Below, in pieces: positions 1 to 8,431 of a stretch of DNA of 64,000 nt. The notes under the pieces were generated by a model. It made no database searches and was not told the origin of the DNA. It saw only the letters and a program-made list of their open reading frames with translations. Made by a program: the position numbers and the translations under genes. This stretch comes from Candidatus Woesearchaeota archaeon (lineage in GTDB: Archaea; Nanobdellota; Nanobdellia; Woesearchaeales; DSVV01). The DNA lies in NCBI GenBank assembly GCA_016219865.1, contig JACRKF010000033.1:123954-187953 (forward strand), read 5' to 3'. Position 1 is the stretch's first letter, and every line of letters starts with the position of its first letter.

Positions 1-1
1 T

Positions 2-766
2 TCAATTGTTGAATTAGCAAAAGAAAAAATAATTACTGCTTTTGTTGATGGTGACAGGGGAGGAGATTTAATTCTCAAAGAGCTTGTTACAGTAGCAGAT
101 ATTGATTATGTGACAAAAGCTCCTGATGGCAAAGAAGTTGAAGAAATTACAAAGAAAGAGATTCATCAAGCATTGCGAAGCAGAATTGCAGCTGAACAAC
201 TAAGACTTGATGTGCATAACATGCATAAAGAAGAAAGCAACAGAAGAAATGAACGTCAAGAGCGATTTGAACCAAGACAACAGCAAGGAAGACAATTTCA
301 ACAACAACAACCAAGACCACAACAACATGATGCGCGTCAATCGCCACAACAATCACAGCAACAAGAACGAAGACCTGTGACACAACCAGTGCATTCTCAA
401 CAACCTCAGCAGCAATTTCAACAGCAGCAACCACAACCAGTGCAGCAAGCAGTAAAAAAACCTGCAAAACTGACTGATGAGGAAAAACATACTTATAACG
501 AGATGTTAGAAGATTTGATTGGCACAAAAGGCGCTTATATTTTGGATGAAAAACTCAATATTTTAGGAAAAGTGCCTTCAAGTGAATTAGCTTCAACATT
601 GAAAGGATTATCCGCAGGAATCCACGCAATTGTATTAGATGATGAATTAACAGCTGACTTATTGCAAGTAGCTGAGAAAACAACAGTCAAATACATCATT
701 GCAATGGCATCAAAGCTCAAAGCAACAGGAAGAATTGTTGTGATGACAGTTGACGATTTGAGTTAA
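2..766 (+). CDS. dnaG: Archaeal DnaG-type primase, 3' part (5' truncated by window edge)
   Basis: Frame open from base 2: ITAFVDGDRGGDLILKEL...APDGKEVEE TOPRIM motif of archaeal DnaG; Q-rich linker then C-terminal domain. Confidence 0.9.
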   Translation, partial: SIVELAKEKIITAFVDGDRGGDLILKELVTVADIDYVTKAPDGKEVEEITKKEIHQALRSRIAAEQLRLDVHNMHKEESNRRNERQERFEPRQQQGRQFQQQQPRPQQHDARQSPQQSQQQERRPVTQPVHSQQPQQQFQQQQPQPVQQAVKKPAKLTDEEKHTYNEMLEDLIGTKGAYILDEKLNILGKVPSSELASTLKGLSAGIHAIVLDDELTADLLQVAEKTTVKYIIAMASKLKATGRIVVMTVDDLS

Positions 767-792
767 AATTGTTCACTTTGTGAACAATTTTA
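764..792. terminator. Perfect inverted repeat at dnaG stop
   Basis: taaaattgttcac-ttt-gtgaacaatttta, 13-bp arms overlapping the stop codon. Confidence 0.55.
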
Positions 793-1099
793 GTATTATT
801 TTGTAATCTTATTTTTCTTTTAGAGAACTTTGCAAAATTCTCTTTAATTCTTTAATAATCTCCCAAACATATTTGCCTTTTTTTATTCCTTTCATTCCAA
901 CAATTGTAGTCTTTGCATTATATTTCTTTCGAAAGAATTTCGAGTAATTTATTGAATGAAGTGATATCTCTGATATTTCCAATATCTCTGATGTCCTTTC
1001 GAATATAAGTGTTAATTATTTGTATTTTAGCAAGCAATACTACTAAATCGTAGTCAAAATAGTAATATTTAAATAGTAACTGTCATTTTACATCCTAAA

Positions 1100-2719
1100 A
1101 TGCCAGAACCTCGCCCAGTTGAAGAAGCAAATGAACCAAATGAACCATTACGAAGAGACTTCTCATTATTGGAAGAAACAGCAAAAGGCGCAGCAAGTTT
1201 TCTAGGATTAGTTGCCCGATTTGCAACAAGCGCAGAAGATATTGTTCAAGGCTTGCGTTTGGAAAAGCATGAAAGAGAAGCAGAAATTGATTTTGCTGAT
1301 TACATTTGCCAAGATTTATTGCAGGACGATACAATCACGCAGCAATTATTCACTGATGTTCTCACAGGATATTTGAACGAAGTGCCGAATGATTTGTATA
1401 TTGTTGGATTTCACGAAACAAGCTATGGCCGTGGTCAAGCATTGCGAGATCAAGATCCAATTGCAAGAAACATTTCTTCATACGATTTTCAGATAAATGC
1501 ATGGAAATCAAAATTATATCATGATAAAAAAGCAAATATTGACAGAGTAATTGCTGATCTTGAAACTCGATTGCAGACTCTTATTCAGCAAGAAAGAAGA
1601 AATACAGTTGAAGAAGTTGGCTCATTATTTTCAGCAGATGCATTTTCTTTGTTATTAATAGAAGGAATGCATGTCAATGGAGATTTGCGAGGAAGTTTAG
1701 CTGTATTGAAAAAGAAAATGTATTTTGCAGCAGCTTTTGAATACAAAGAAGATCCAGAACTATTATACAGATTATCATTCAATGCCTGCGTCAAAGCAAA
1801 AGGCTGGCAAACATTGGAAGACAAACCATTGTATGAAGCATTGGAAGCAGAAGATGTTTCAGTTGAAGTTTTTGAAAAATGGACTGGCAGAAAAATTAAT
1901 TATAACCCAAAACCAGAAGCAAAGCAAAAAACAGTTGCTGATGTTATTCATGCACAAGGTGCAGATCCGCCAAGAAAAGCTTCGATTGCATTAGTCCATG
2001 AATTCCTGCCTAGTCAATCAACCTACGCGCAAGGTGTTCATGCATTGAGAGCTTCATACAATGGAAAAGAAGCAGAGATTCCGCAGCATATGCTTTATAG
2101 AACAAGTGCTGGAGTAAGACTTATCCGTCCACAAACATTAGAAGAAGCAATGCTTGCTCGTATCAATGATTTTGATACACTTCAAGATTCAAATGGCAAG
2201 CAAAGAACAATGGAAGAACGATTGAGATTGTGGGATAAACTAATTGATACTTGTGCAGGAGTTGCTTATGAAAACGGTAACAATGAACATTTTAAACTTA
2301 GCAGCATTTGTGAACCATTGATTACAATACCGCAAGATTTCAGAAACGCTTTTTTAGATGTAAATTATGCAGCTTTTGATGGCATCCAATTAGCAAGAAC
2401 TGCATATTACTACAAAAGATTATCAGAGCAAGAGTTTGATCTTTGTGAAGCATGGCAGCTGCTTTTACCAGATCAAACTGCAAGAACAAGATTGAAACAA
2501 ATAGTCTATCATCAAGCTAAAAACCAACAAGAACAGCTGTTAATTGCAGATAATGACAAAAAAGCATTAGGGTTTTATCTAGTAAATAATTCAGATAGAG
2601 ACCAACTGAGGAGCGTGTTTGTGAGCAGTCGTAATAACTACTCGGATGCGTATGGCGTCAATCTCAACGGCAGCTCGTCCGTTTTGCGAGCGACTCCCCC
2701 ATCGTCAAAAAAATTTTAG
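1100..2719 (+). CDS. DGR target (variable) protein, VR at C-terminus, probable CLec-like fold
   Basis: 539-aa ORF; C-terminal LRSVFVSSRNNYSDAYGVNLNGSSSVLR is encoded by the VR; no signal peptide visible. Confidence 0.9.
   Translation: MPEPRPVEEANEPNEPLRRDFSLLEETAKGAASFLGLVARFATSAEDIVQGLRLEKHEREAEIDFADYICQDLLQDDTITQQLFTDVLTGYLNEVPNDLYIVGFHETSYGRGQALRDQDPIARNISSYDFQINAWKSKLYHDKKANIDRVIADLETRLQTLIQQERRNTVEEVGSLFSADAFSLLLIEGMHVNGDLRGSLAVLKKKMYFAAAFEYKEDPELLYRLSFNACVKAKGWQTLEDKPLYEALEAEDVSVEVFEKWTGRKINYNPKPEAKQKTVADVIHAQGADPPRKASIALVHEFLPSQSTYAQGVHALRASYNGKEAEIPQHMLYRTSAGVRLIRPQTLEEAMLARINDFDTLQDSNGKQRTMEERLRLWDKLIDTCAGVAYENGNNEHFKLSSICEPLITIPQDFRNAFLDVNYAAFDGIQLARTAYYYKRLSEQEFDLCEAWQLLLPDQTARTRLKQIVYHQAKNQQEQLLIADNDKKALGFYLVNNSDRDQLRSVFVSSRNNYSDAYGVNLNGSSSVLRATPPSSKKF
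2605..2689 (+). repeat. DGR variable repeat (VR)
   Basis: 85-nt copy of TR with 10 substitutions at TR adenines, one codon missing, and one T>G in the 3' IMH-like part. Confidence 0.95.
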
Positions 2720-2732
2720 GACATTTTTTCCA

Positions 2733-2748
2733 AAAAGTTTATAATAAC
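2733..2748 (+). promoter_or_regulatory. Putative BRE/TATA promoter for the TR-containing RNA
   Basis: aaaaagTTTATAATaa about 25 nt upstream of the structured region starting at ~2768. Confidence 0.5.
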
Positions 2749-2766
2749 ATGAATTTAATTCTTTCT

Positions 2767-3038
2767 TGAGCCTTGCCATCGTTCCTCTGCAAAGGACTTT
2801 GGAAACGTGCTTGGGAGTTACAGGCTCTTTCACTAAGGTTTTATTCCAGCTGGAGTAAAATCATAAAATACAGCTCCGACTTGATGCTCTGCACTGAAGG
2901 AGCAGTGCTCAGAAGAAGTGAAAGGGCTACTGAGGAGCGTGTTTGTGAAAAATCGTAATAACAACTCGAATGCGAATGGCAACAACAATCTCAACAACAG
3001 CTCGTCCTTTTTGCGAATAACACAAGCATCAAGGCTTA
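2767..3038 (+). ncRNA. Putative DGR template RNA (structured leader + TR + 3' spacer)
   Basis: Predicted helices 2823-2834/2917-2928, 2837-2862, 2891-2908, 2767-2775/3030-3038 and 2880-2888/3025-3033; non-Watson-Crick positions are G-U on the + strand. Confidence 0.6.
2929..3016 (+). repeat. DGR template repeat (TR)
   Basis: 88 nt with 11 AAY codons plus one AAA in the target's frame; non-A positions match VR except one. Confidence 0.95.
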
Positions 3039-3064
3039 TTATTAAAATTATGTTGGTATTTTTT

Positions 3065-4272
3065 ATGCAATCTTCAGAATCTTTGTATGAACAATTATGT
3101 TCTTATCAAAATCTTGAATTGGCATTCAAAAAGCAAGAAAAAGAAAAACAACAAAATTATATGTTCTGGAATTTGAGAAAGATCTTAAAGAGAATCTTCT
3201 TCAATTACAAGCTGAATTAGTATTGCATTCATATCGTCCAGAAAAATTGGAAACTTTTATTCTTCGTGATCCTAAAACAAGAAAGATAAGCAAATCACAT
3301 TTTAGAGACAGAATTGTGCATCATGCATTGTGTAATATAATCCAAACATTATTTGAAAATAGCTTTATTCATGATTCTTATGCAAACCAGATTGGAAAAG
3401 GAACACTAAAAGCAATACAAAGGTTTGATGAATTTAAGATAAAGATTACAAAGAACAATACAAGAATTGCTTTTGTGTTAAAATGCGACATAAAGCAATA
3501 TTTTGATAATGTTGATCATAATATTTTACTATCAATTATTAAGAGAAAGGTTTCTGATAGAAAAATACTATGGCTCATCGAAACAATTCTTTCAAATTAC
3601 TGCTCAAAAGAGCATAGTAAAGGAATGCCATTAGGCAATTTAACTTCTCAGTTCTTCGCAAATGTATATCTCAATGAACTTGACCAATTTGTGAAGCATG
3701 AATTAAGAGCAAAGTACTACCTGCGCTATGTTGATGATTTTGTTATTTTCGATAATTCTAAGAGAAGATTAGAGCAGTATAAAGCAGTAATTCAGATTTT
3801 CCTTAAGCAAGAATTACAGCTTCAATTGCATCCATTAAAATCAAGAATAATAACAATAAGAGATGGGACTGAATTTTTGGGTGTAAAAATATTTATGCAC
3901 CACAAAAGGATAAGGAAGAAAAATCTGCGGAAATCTCAGAAGAAATTGCAATTGCTAAATAATTTATACGAGCAAAAGAAAATAGACTATGATAATATCT
4001 ACGAGTTCCTTGAAGGCTGGATTGCCTATACAAGAAACGCAAACACTTATAAGTTAAGGAAAAGCATTATTAATTCAGTTGAGCAGAGATTTGGAATGAT
4101 TGCAACGAGAGAAGTCAATAGACATATTAAGAAATTCTATCCCTTTCCAATCCTCTCTAGCACAGCTTTTATCACAAATGGCAGCGCAACAGTTGCATCA
4201 ATCAACACTTCTGCATACCTTCCGCCTTTACTCTCTGGAATAAACTTTCCCCAGCTGACACCTTCACTATAA
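3065..4272 (+). CDS. DGR reverse transcriptase with a frameshift at A-run 3128-3132
   Basis: MQSSESLYEQLCSYQNLELAFKK (from ATG 3065) continues in the -1 frame as ARKRKTTKLYVLEFEKDLKENL..., into ORF 3223-4272 with RDRIVHHA, KCDIKQYF, GMPLGNLTSQ, YVDDF. Confidence 0.9.
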
Positions 4273-6410
4273 GTGCAACCACTATTAGATACAATGATGC
4301 CATTTGCTGCAAAATTATGGGTATTATCGACAGTCATATCATACGTTTCTTCTTCTCCATAATATTCAATAGACATAATAAAATGGTTTTCAACGCAATT
4401 CTTTCTAATCCAATTTTTATCAATTGTATATCGCTTTAATCTTTTATGCAACACTTTATCACTAACACCTAAATTTCGAGCTGTTTTAGTTATAACTCCA
4501 TGGTCTTTTATAAGTGCATCCTTTACTTTATCCTCAGTTATTCCTTTGATCCATCTACCATTTTTTTCATGAGATACAATTATAGATCGCATTTCAGGAG
4601 AAAGGGAAGCCCAACGCATTGCTGTTGAAGCATGTGCATTTTGTAATCTTATTTTTCTTTCTACATCATTAAGTGAGCTCCAGTATTTCTTAGATACTTT
4701 TGACCTTCTTTCTGGTTCTCCATTATTAAGAGCAATAATTTTTCTCTGATTGCATAATCTTTCATATTCTTCATCACTTAAATTATCCCAGAATTTTCGA
4801 GACATTCTCTGCATAATATAAGGATCGCAAATTTCTCGGAGTGTTTGTGCTCTTTTTTCTAAAGTTTCTTTTGACTCATTGAAGCGGTGGTATCTTGCAT
4901 GTTCTATAAAATTCAACATTTCAAGATTTTCAAGAGAATTATTTAATGTATTATGATCTTTGTGGTGAACTGCAATTTTTGCATCAATTGAAATTCCTGC
5001 CGTTTCTTGTAAAATAAATCTATGTTCTGCTAATTTTGTACCATTATTTAAACTAATAAAGCGATAATCACCATGTTTGTCAGTTTTATAGTATGAATTA
5101 AATGGCATTAACCTATCATTAATTTTCAATTCAGATACTTTTTTATAAACACCTTTACGAAGCAGAAATTTATGGTCTTCAGAAGCTATAATTGAATTAG
5201 TCTTCAGCTCTTGTTTTTTATTTACCCATCCTGTAACCCAGCCATAACTAATTTTATACAAACTTTTTTTACCTGTTTCCAAGACACCACGTACATTTGC
5301 TAATATTATTCTTTTCTTATTTAAATCATAAGAATATACAGGAAAATTTGATTTTCCAGCTAAATTTTTAATAGGTATGCCATCTGGATAAATTGATAAG
5401 TTTCTTGGCATATCTATTTTTGTATCACCCTGCAGGCAAAGTCCGCCGAAATTTACAGGTTCTGGGCATATTCTTACGCCATAAGAAAATTGTTTATGAT
5501 ATTTTTCAGCATCTTTTTGCAATGCAGGATTTGGTTCAATAACCCGCAATCGAATGATGTCTAAATGCGGTCCAACTTGTTGCGCCCAATTTCTTGGCAC
5601 TCCACCGCCAACAGTAAAAATACCTATCTTCTTTGCTTTCAAAACTCGTTCTGTGTAATCAGTCATATCAATAAATGGATCATATTTTAACAATTGTTTT
5701 TCTTCAGCAGCATTCTTCTTATTATACACTGAAAACTCCAATCCAAATTCAGAATCAGTAAATGCTGGAATATACACTGGAATGTTTTTCTCAAATGCAG
5801 ATTTCAATATACCTCTTCCATTGATATGTTTATGCAAGTATCGTCCTAGTTCCTTATTGATCTCTGAACTGCACGTTATTTTATTATGGTCCATGCTTGC
5901 AAGCACTTGGTGTAGGATCACAGCGCCTTCATCCAAATTTGTTTCTGATTCAAGCGTATCATATACTCTATCAAATCCAGCTTCATACAATTCTTCATCA
6001 TTAAAATTTTTTGGATTTTTAAAATGCGTCATTCCAGCAGCTTCAATAAATCCATGCGCCATCAATGCGCCAGTTGACACAACAGCATCAACCATATCAT
6101 TTTCAATCATATCGCAGATAACCAATCCCATCTTTGCCATAGTCATTGCGCCAGAAAGCGTTAATACTTTAAAGCACTCTTTATCTTTTGTCATTGCCTC
6201 AAGCACATTTGCAGCTTCTCCAATCTCTCTGCCGCCAAATGCTGTCAGATTCATCTGTGTAACAACATCATTGACTGTCTTGCATTGGGATAAGTCTAAT
6301 GGTTTCAATGGAACAAGATTTTTGACAAATTGCTCTCGAAACTCTCTGCTATGTCTGCCGTTCATTTTGTCATGTTGAATATGCATTTCATGTTTTTTGA
6401 TTGGAATCAC
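4137..6410 (-). CDS. dys: Deoxyhypusine synthase containing an intein
   Basis: LSGAMT, STGA, PAFTDS, GGGVPRNW motifs; GGL|SGCTYSEGVSWGK is split by a 385-aa insert. Confidence 0.9.
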   Translation of the reverse strand: MIPIKKHEMHIQHDKMNGRHSREFREQFVKNLVPLKPLDLSQCKTVNDVVTQMNLTAFGGREIGEAANVLEAMTKDKECFKVLTLSGAMTMAKMGLVICDMIENDMVDAVVSTGALMAHGFIEAAGMTHFKNPKNFNDEELYEAGFDRVYDTLESETNLDEGAVILHQVLASMDHNKITCSSEINKELGRYLHKHINGRGILKSAFEKNIPVYIPAFTDSEFGLEFSVYNKKNAAEEKQLLKYDPFIDMTDYTERVLKAKKIGIFTVGGGVPRNWAQQVGPHLDIIRLRVIEPNPALQKDAEKYHKQFSYGVRICPEPVNFGGLCLQGDTKIDMPRNLSIYPDGIPIKNLAGKSNFPVYSYDLNKKRIILANVRGVLETGKKSLYKISYGWVTGWVNKKQELKTNSIIASEDHKFLLRKGVYKKVSELKINDRLMPFNSYYKTDKHGDYRFISLNNGTKLAEHRFILQETAGISIDAKIAVHHKDHNTLNNSLENLEMLNFIEHARYHRFNESKETLEKRAQTLREICDPYIMQRMSRKFWDNLSDEEYERLCNQRKIIALNNGEPERRSKVSKKYWSSLNDVERKIRLQNAHASTAMRWASLSPEMRSIIVSHEKNGRWIKGITEDKVKDALIKDHGVITKTARNLGVSDKVLHKRLKRYTIDKNWIRKNCVENHFIMSIEYYGEEETYDMTVDNTHNFAANGIIVSNSGCTYSEGVSWGKFIPESKGGRYAEVLIDATVALPFVIKAVLERIGKG
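4284..5438 (-). mobile_element. Intein with HNH homing endonuclease
   Basis: Starts CLQGDTKI; block B ASEDHKF; EHR...VHHKDHNTLNNSLENL HNH motif; ends TYDMTVDNTHNFAANGIIVSN followed by Ser +1. Confidence 0.92.
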
Positions 6411-6537
6411 CTTTTTAATTATATCAATCTGTCAATTCTTTCAAAGAAAGAATTGATTTTATAAAAAGGTTTTTGTTTTTAAGAATATATGCTCTTTGGC
6501 ATAACAATTATATATACATCTATTATCTCCAAATTAT

Positions 6538-7398
6538 ATGATGGAATACAAACAACTTACAGCAGATGTGCAGATTCCTGTCCTTGGTTTAGGGACATGG
6601 CAGATTGGTGGAAGAACAGAAGCTGATTATACTGACGATGAAAAGAATATCAAAGCAATAACTGCAGCAGTACAATTAGGCTACACTTTAATCGACACAG
6701 CAGAATCATATGCTGATGGACACACTGAAGAGTTGGTTGGCAAAGCAATAAAAGGAATTGATCGCAAAAGATTATTTATTGTCAGTAAAGTTATGTCTGC
6801 GCATCTTGCATATAAAAATGTAATAACAGCTGCAAAAAGAAGTTTAGAACGGTTGCAGGCAGATTATTTTGATCTCTATCTGATACACTTTCCAAATGCA
6901 GACATTCCATTAAAGGAAACAATGAGAGCAATGGATCATTTGGTTGAAAAAGGACTCACACGATTTATTGGTGTAAGCAATTTTTCAGTCAAAGAGATGC
7001 AAGAAGCGCAAAAGTATTCAAAAAATAAGATTGTAGTAAATCAAGTGCAGTACAGTCTTATCTCAAGAAATAAATGCACCTATGGTGATTGTATAAATAT
7101 GGAATCAGAAATTATTCCCTATTGCCAAGAAAATAATATTATAATAATGGCAGATCGACCTTTGCATAAAGGGATACTTGTAGAAAAAAACTATCAACAA
7201 TTGGAAAGGTTAAGTAAAAAGTATAACAAAACAAAAGCGCAGATAGCATTGAACTGGCTCATCTCTAAGAAAAATATAATTACAATGCCAATGTCAACAA
7301 ATAGTGAACATTTAAAAGAAAATCTTGGTGTATTAGGTTGGAGATTGGATTTAGAAGATTTAATTCTATTGGACAATACAGTTTTTGAGAAGGAATAA
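6538..7398 (+). CDS. Aldo/keto reductase
   Basis: LGLGTW, IDTAESY, SKV, DLYLIHFP, IGVSNFS, NQVQYS. Confidence 0.95.
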   Translation: MMEYKQLTADVQIPVLGLGTWQIGGRTEADYTDDEKNIKAITAAVQLGYTLIDTAESYADGHTEELVGKAIKGIDRKRLFIVSKVMSAHLAYKNVITAAKRSLERLQADYFDLYLIHFPNADIPLKETMRAMDHLVEKGLTRFIGVSNFSVKEMQEAQKYSKNKIVVNQVQYSLISRNKCTYGDCINMESEIIPYCQENNIIIMADRPLHKGILVEKNYQQLERLSKKYNKTKAQIALNWLISKKNIITMPMSTNSEHLKENLGVLGWRLDLEDLILLDNTVFEKE

Positions 7399-7543
7399 TA
7401 ATAGTTCAAATAGGTGCTTCTTAGTTTCCATACGTTTTACATAAAGAAATTTGTTAGGATATCAACATGTGATTTTGGCGAAGGCAGTAGGCTGAGCCCA
7501 GAACCCCACAATAATTGTGCGGAATAGATATTCAATAAAAGTA

Positions 7544-7629
7544 AGCCTCAGGGAAGAGTTGAACTCCCGACCTGCGCTTCTCTAGTTAATCATTACGAGA
7601 GCGCCGCTCCACCACTGAGCTACTGAGGC
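7544..7629 (-). tRNA. tRNA-Thr(CGT) with a 14-nt intron at position 37/38
   Basis: GCCTCAG/CTGAGGC acceptor stem, GCGCT-CT-CGT-A[intron]A-AGCGC anticodon arm, GGGAG-TTCAACT-CTTCC T arm, U discriminator. Confidence 0.9.
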
Positions 7630-7682
7630 AGTTTTTAAGAAAAAAGGCTATATATTAATAATGTTTTCGCAATTTCTATTAA

Positions 7683-7722
7683 TAATATTTCTCGTGTGAG
7701 TGAAACGAACTCAGAAATATTA
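7683..7722 (+). repeat. GA-GA hairpin family, copy 1
   Basis: taatatttct..gt GA gt GAA ac GA ac..agaaatatta. Confidence 0.75.
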
Positions 7723-7881
7723 AATCTGCTTAACCATCTCATCTTTATTGTTCATAAACTTACTCTGGCACTGAAAACAAACAGTATGTTTTTTTCCATT
7801 TACATCCTTAACATAAGTGCCAATTAACTTTTTCAAGAATATTTCTTCTATCTTACCCTTGCATATTTCACATTTCATCAT
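7720..7881 (-). CDS. Small zinc-finger protein (53 aa), below the ORF-track cutoff
   Basis: MMKCEICKGKIEEIFLKKLIGTYVKDVNGKKHTVCFQCQSKF...: two CxxC pairs, GAGG RBS upstream. Confidence 0.75.
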   Translation of the reverse strand: MMKCEICKGKIEEIFLKKLIGTYVKDVNGKKHTVCFQCQSKFMNNKDEMVKQI

Positions 7882-7935
7882 GTTTAACCTCGCTTATTGA
7901 TAAATTTATCTATTGATAAAGAAATATAAAAATAA

Positions 7936-8376
7936 TTAATTTATTTCTTCTTCATTAATATTGTCGTGATTATCAGATTCTTCATCATCAACTTCTTCAG
8001 ACTCTTTTTCTGTTGTATCATCAATCTCTTCTTCTTCATCAACACCAATTGGTTTTGAAGACTTTACTGATTCTTCTGTTAAATTTGCTTTGCCTACGAT
8101 TTCTAACTGTCCAAATTTGCCAGTTGATAACTGAAGTTCTCCTTGCCATTCATTAACATAGCCGTTTGTTATTTTTATTTTATCACCAATCTTTACTTTC
8201 TCAACTTGATCATTCCATAATGTCATAGTTGTTTGTCCAGTTTCATCTTTTATCTTAATATTGCATAATTTTCCAGGATTACCAAACTTTTGGAATTCCC
8301 TTGGAGCTGCTTTCTCAACAACATCGACAGTAATATCAACTTTTCCTTGTTTTGGCTGTAAATCTTTAATTTGCAT
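7936..8376 (-). CDS. ssb: Single-stranded DNA-binding protein (single OB fold, acidic tail)
   Basis: IKDETGQTTMTLWND...GYVNEWQGELQL OB-fold pattern; AGGTGA RBS before ATG 8376. Confidence 0.88.
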   Translation of the reverse strand: MQIKDLQPKQGKVDITVDVVEKAAPREFQKFGNPGKLCNIKIKDETGQTTMTLWNDQVEKVKIGDKIKITNGYVNEWQGELQLSTGKFGQLEIVGKANLTEESVKSSKPIGVDEEEEIDDTTEKESEEVDDEESDNHDNINEEEIN

Positions 8377-8431
8377 AATTCTCACCTTAATTATTGGAGT
8401 AATTGTAGATTTATAAAGATTAGTATTTTCG

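Larger units (their letters stand above)
1100..4272 (+). mobile_element. Diversity-generating retroelement (target-VR, leader RNA-TR, RT); no avd gene in the cassette
   Basis: VR/TR pair with adenine-specific mismatches next to an RT with LGNLTSQ and YVDD motifs. Confidence 0.95.

Noticed and set aside
270-450. CAA/CAG-rich repeat
   Set aside because: Low-complexity Gln-rich linker inside dnaG, not a separate element
810-1010. Minus-strand gene remnant (..KKYNAKTTIVGMKGIKKGKYVWEIIKEL..)
   Set aside because: No clear start and no recognisable family; cannot be supported without a search
2690-2745. Canonical DGR hairpin downstream of VR
   Set aside because: Only weak A/T-run pairing (acattttt-tcc-aaaaagt); no convincing GC stem
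2773-2958. 61-aa ORF as Avd
   Set aside because: Too short, TTG start, no Avd-like helical pattern; it overlaps the structured leader and TR
2918-3220. Independent 100-aa protein
   Set aside because: It is the stop-free TR frame joined to the RT's first codons and an out-of-frame tail
3065-4272. Group II intron or retron RT
   Set aside because: LGNLTSQ rather than PQG..SP, no intron domain V or retron VTG motif seen, and an adenine-biased TR/VR pair is adjacent
5782-6378. Antisense ORFs (this one, 147-527, 17190-17630, 18436-18936, 62622-63143 and similar)
   Set aside because: Shadow frames of well-supported genes on the opposite strand
7400-7545. Integrated element att site at the tRNA-Thr 3' end
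   Set aside because: No duplicated tRNA 3' end and no integrase found in the window
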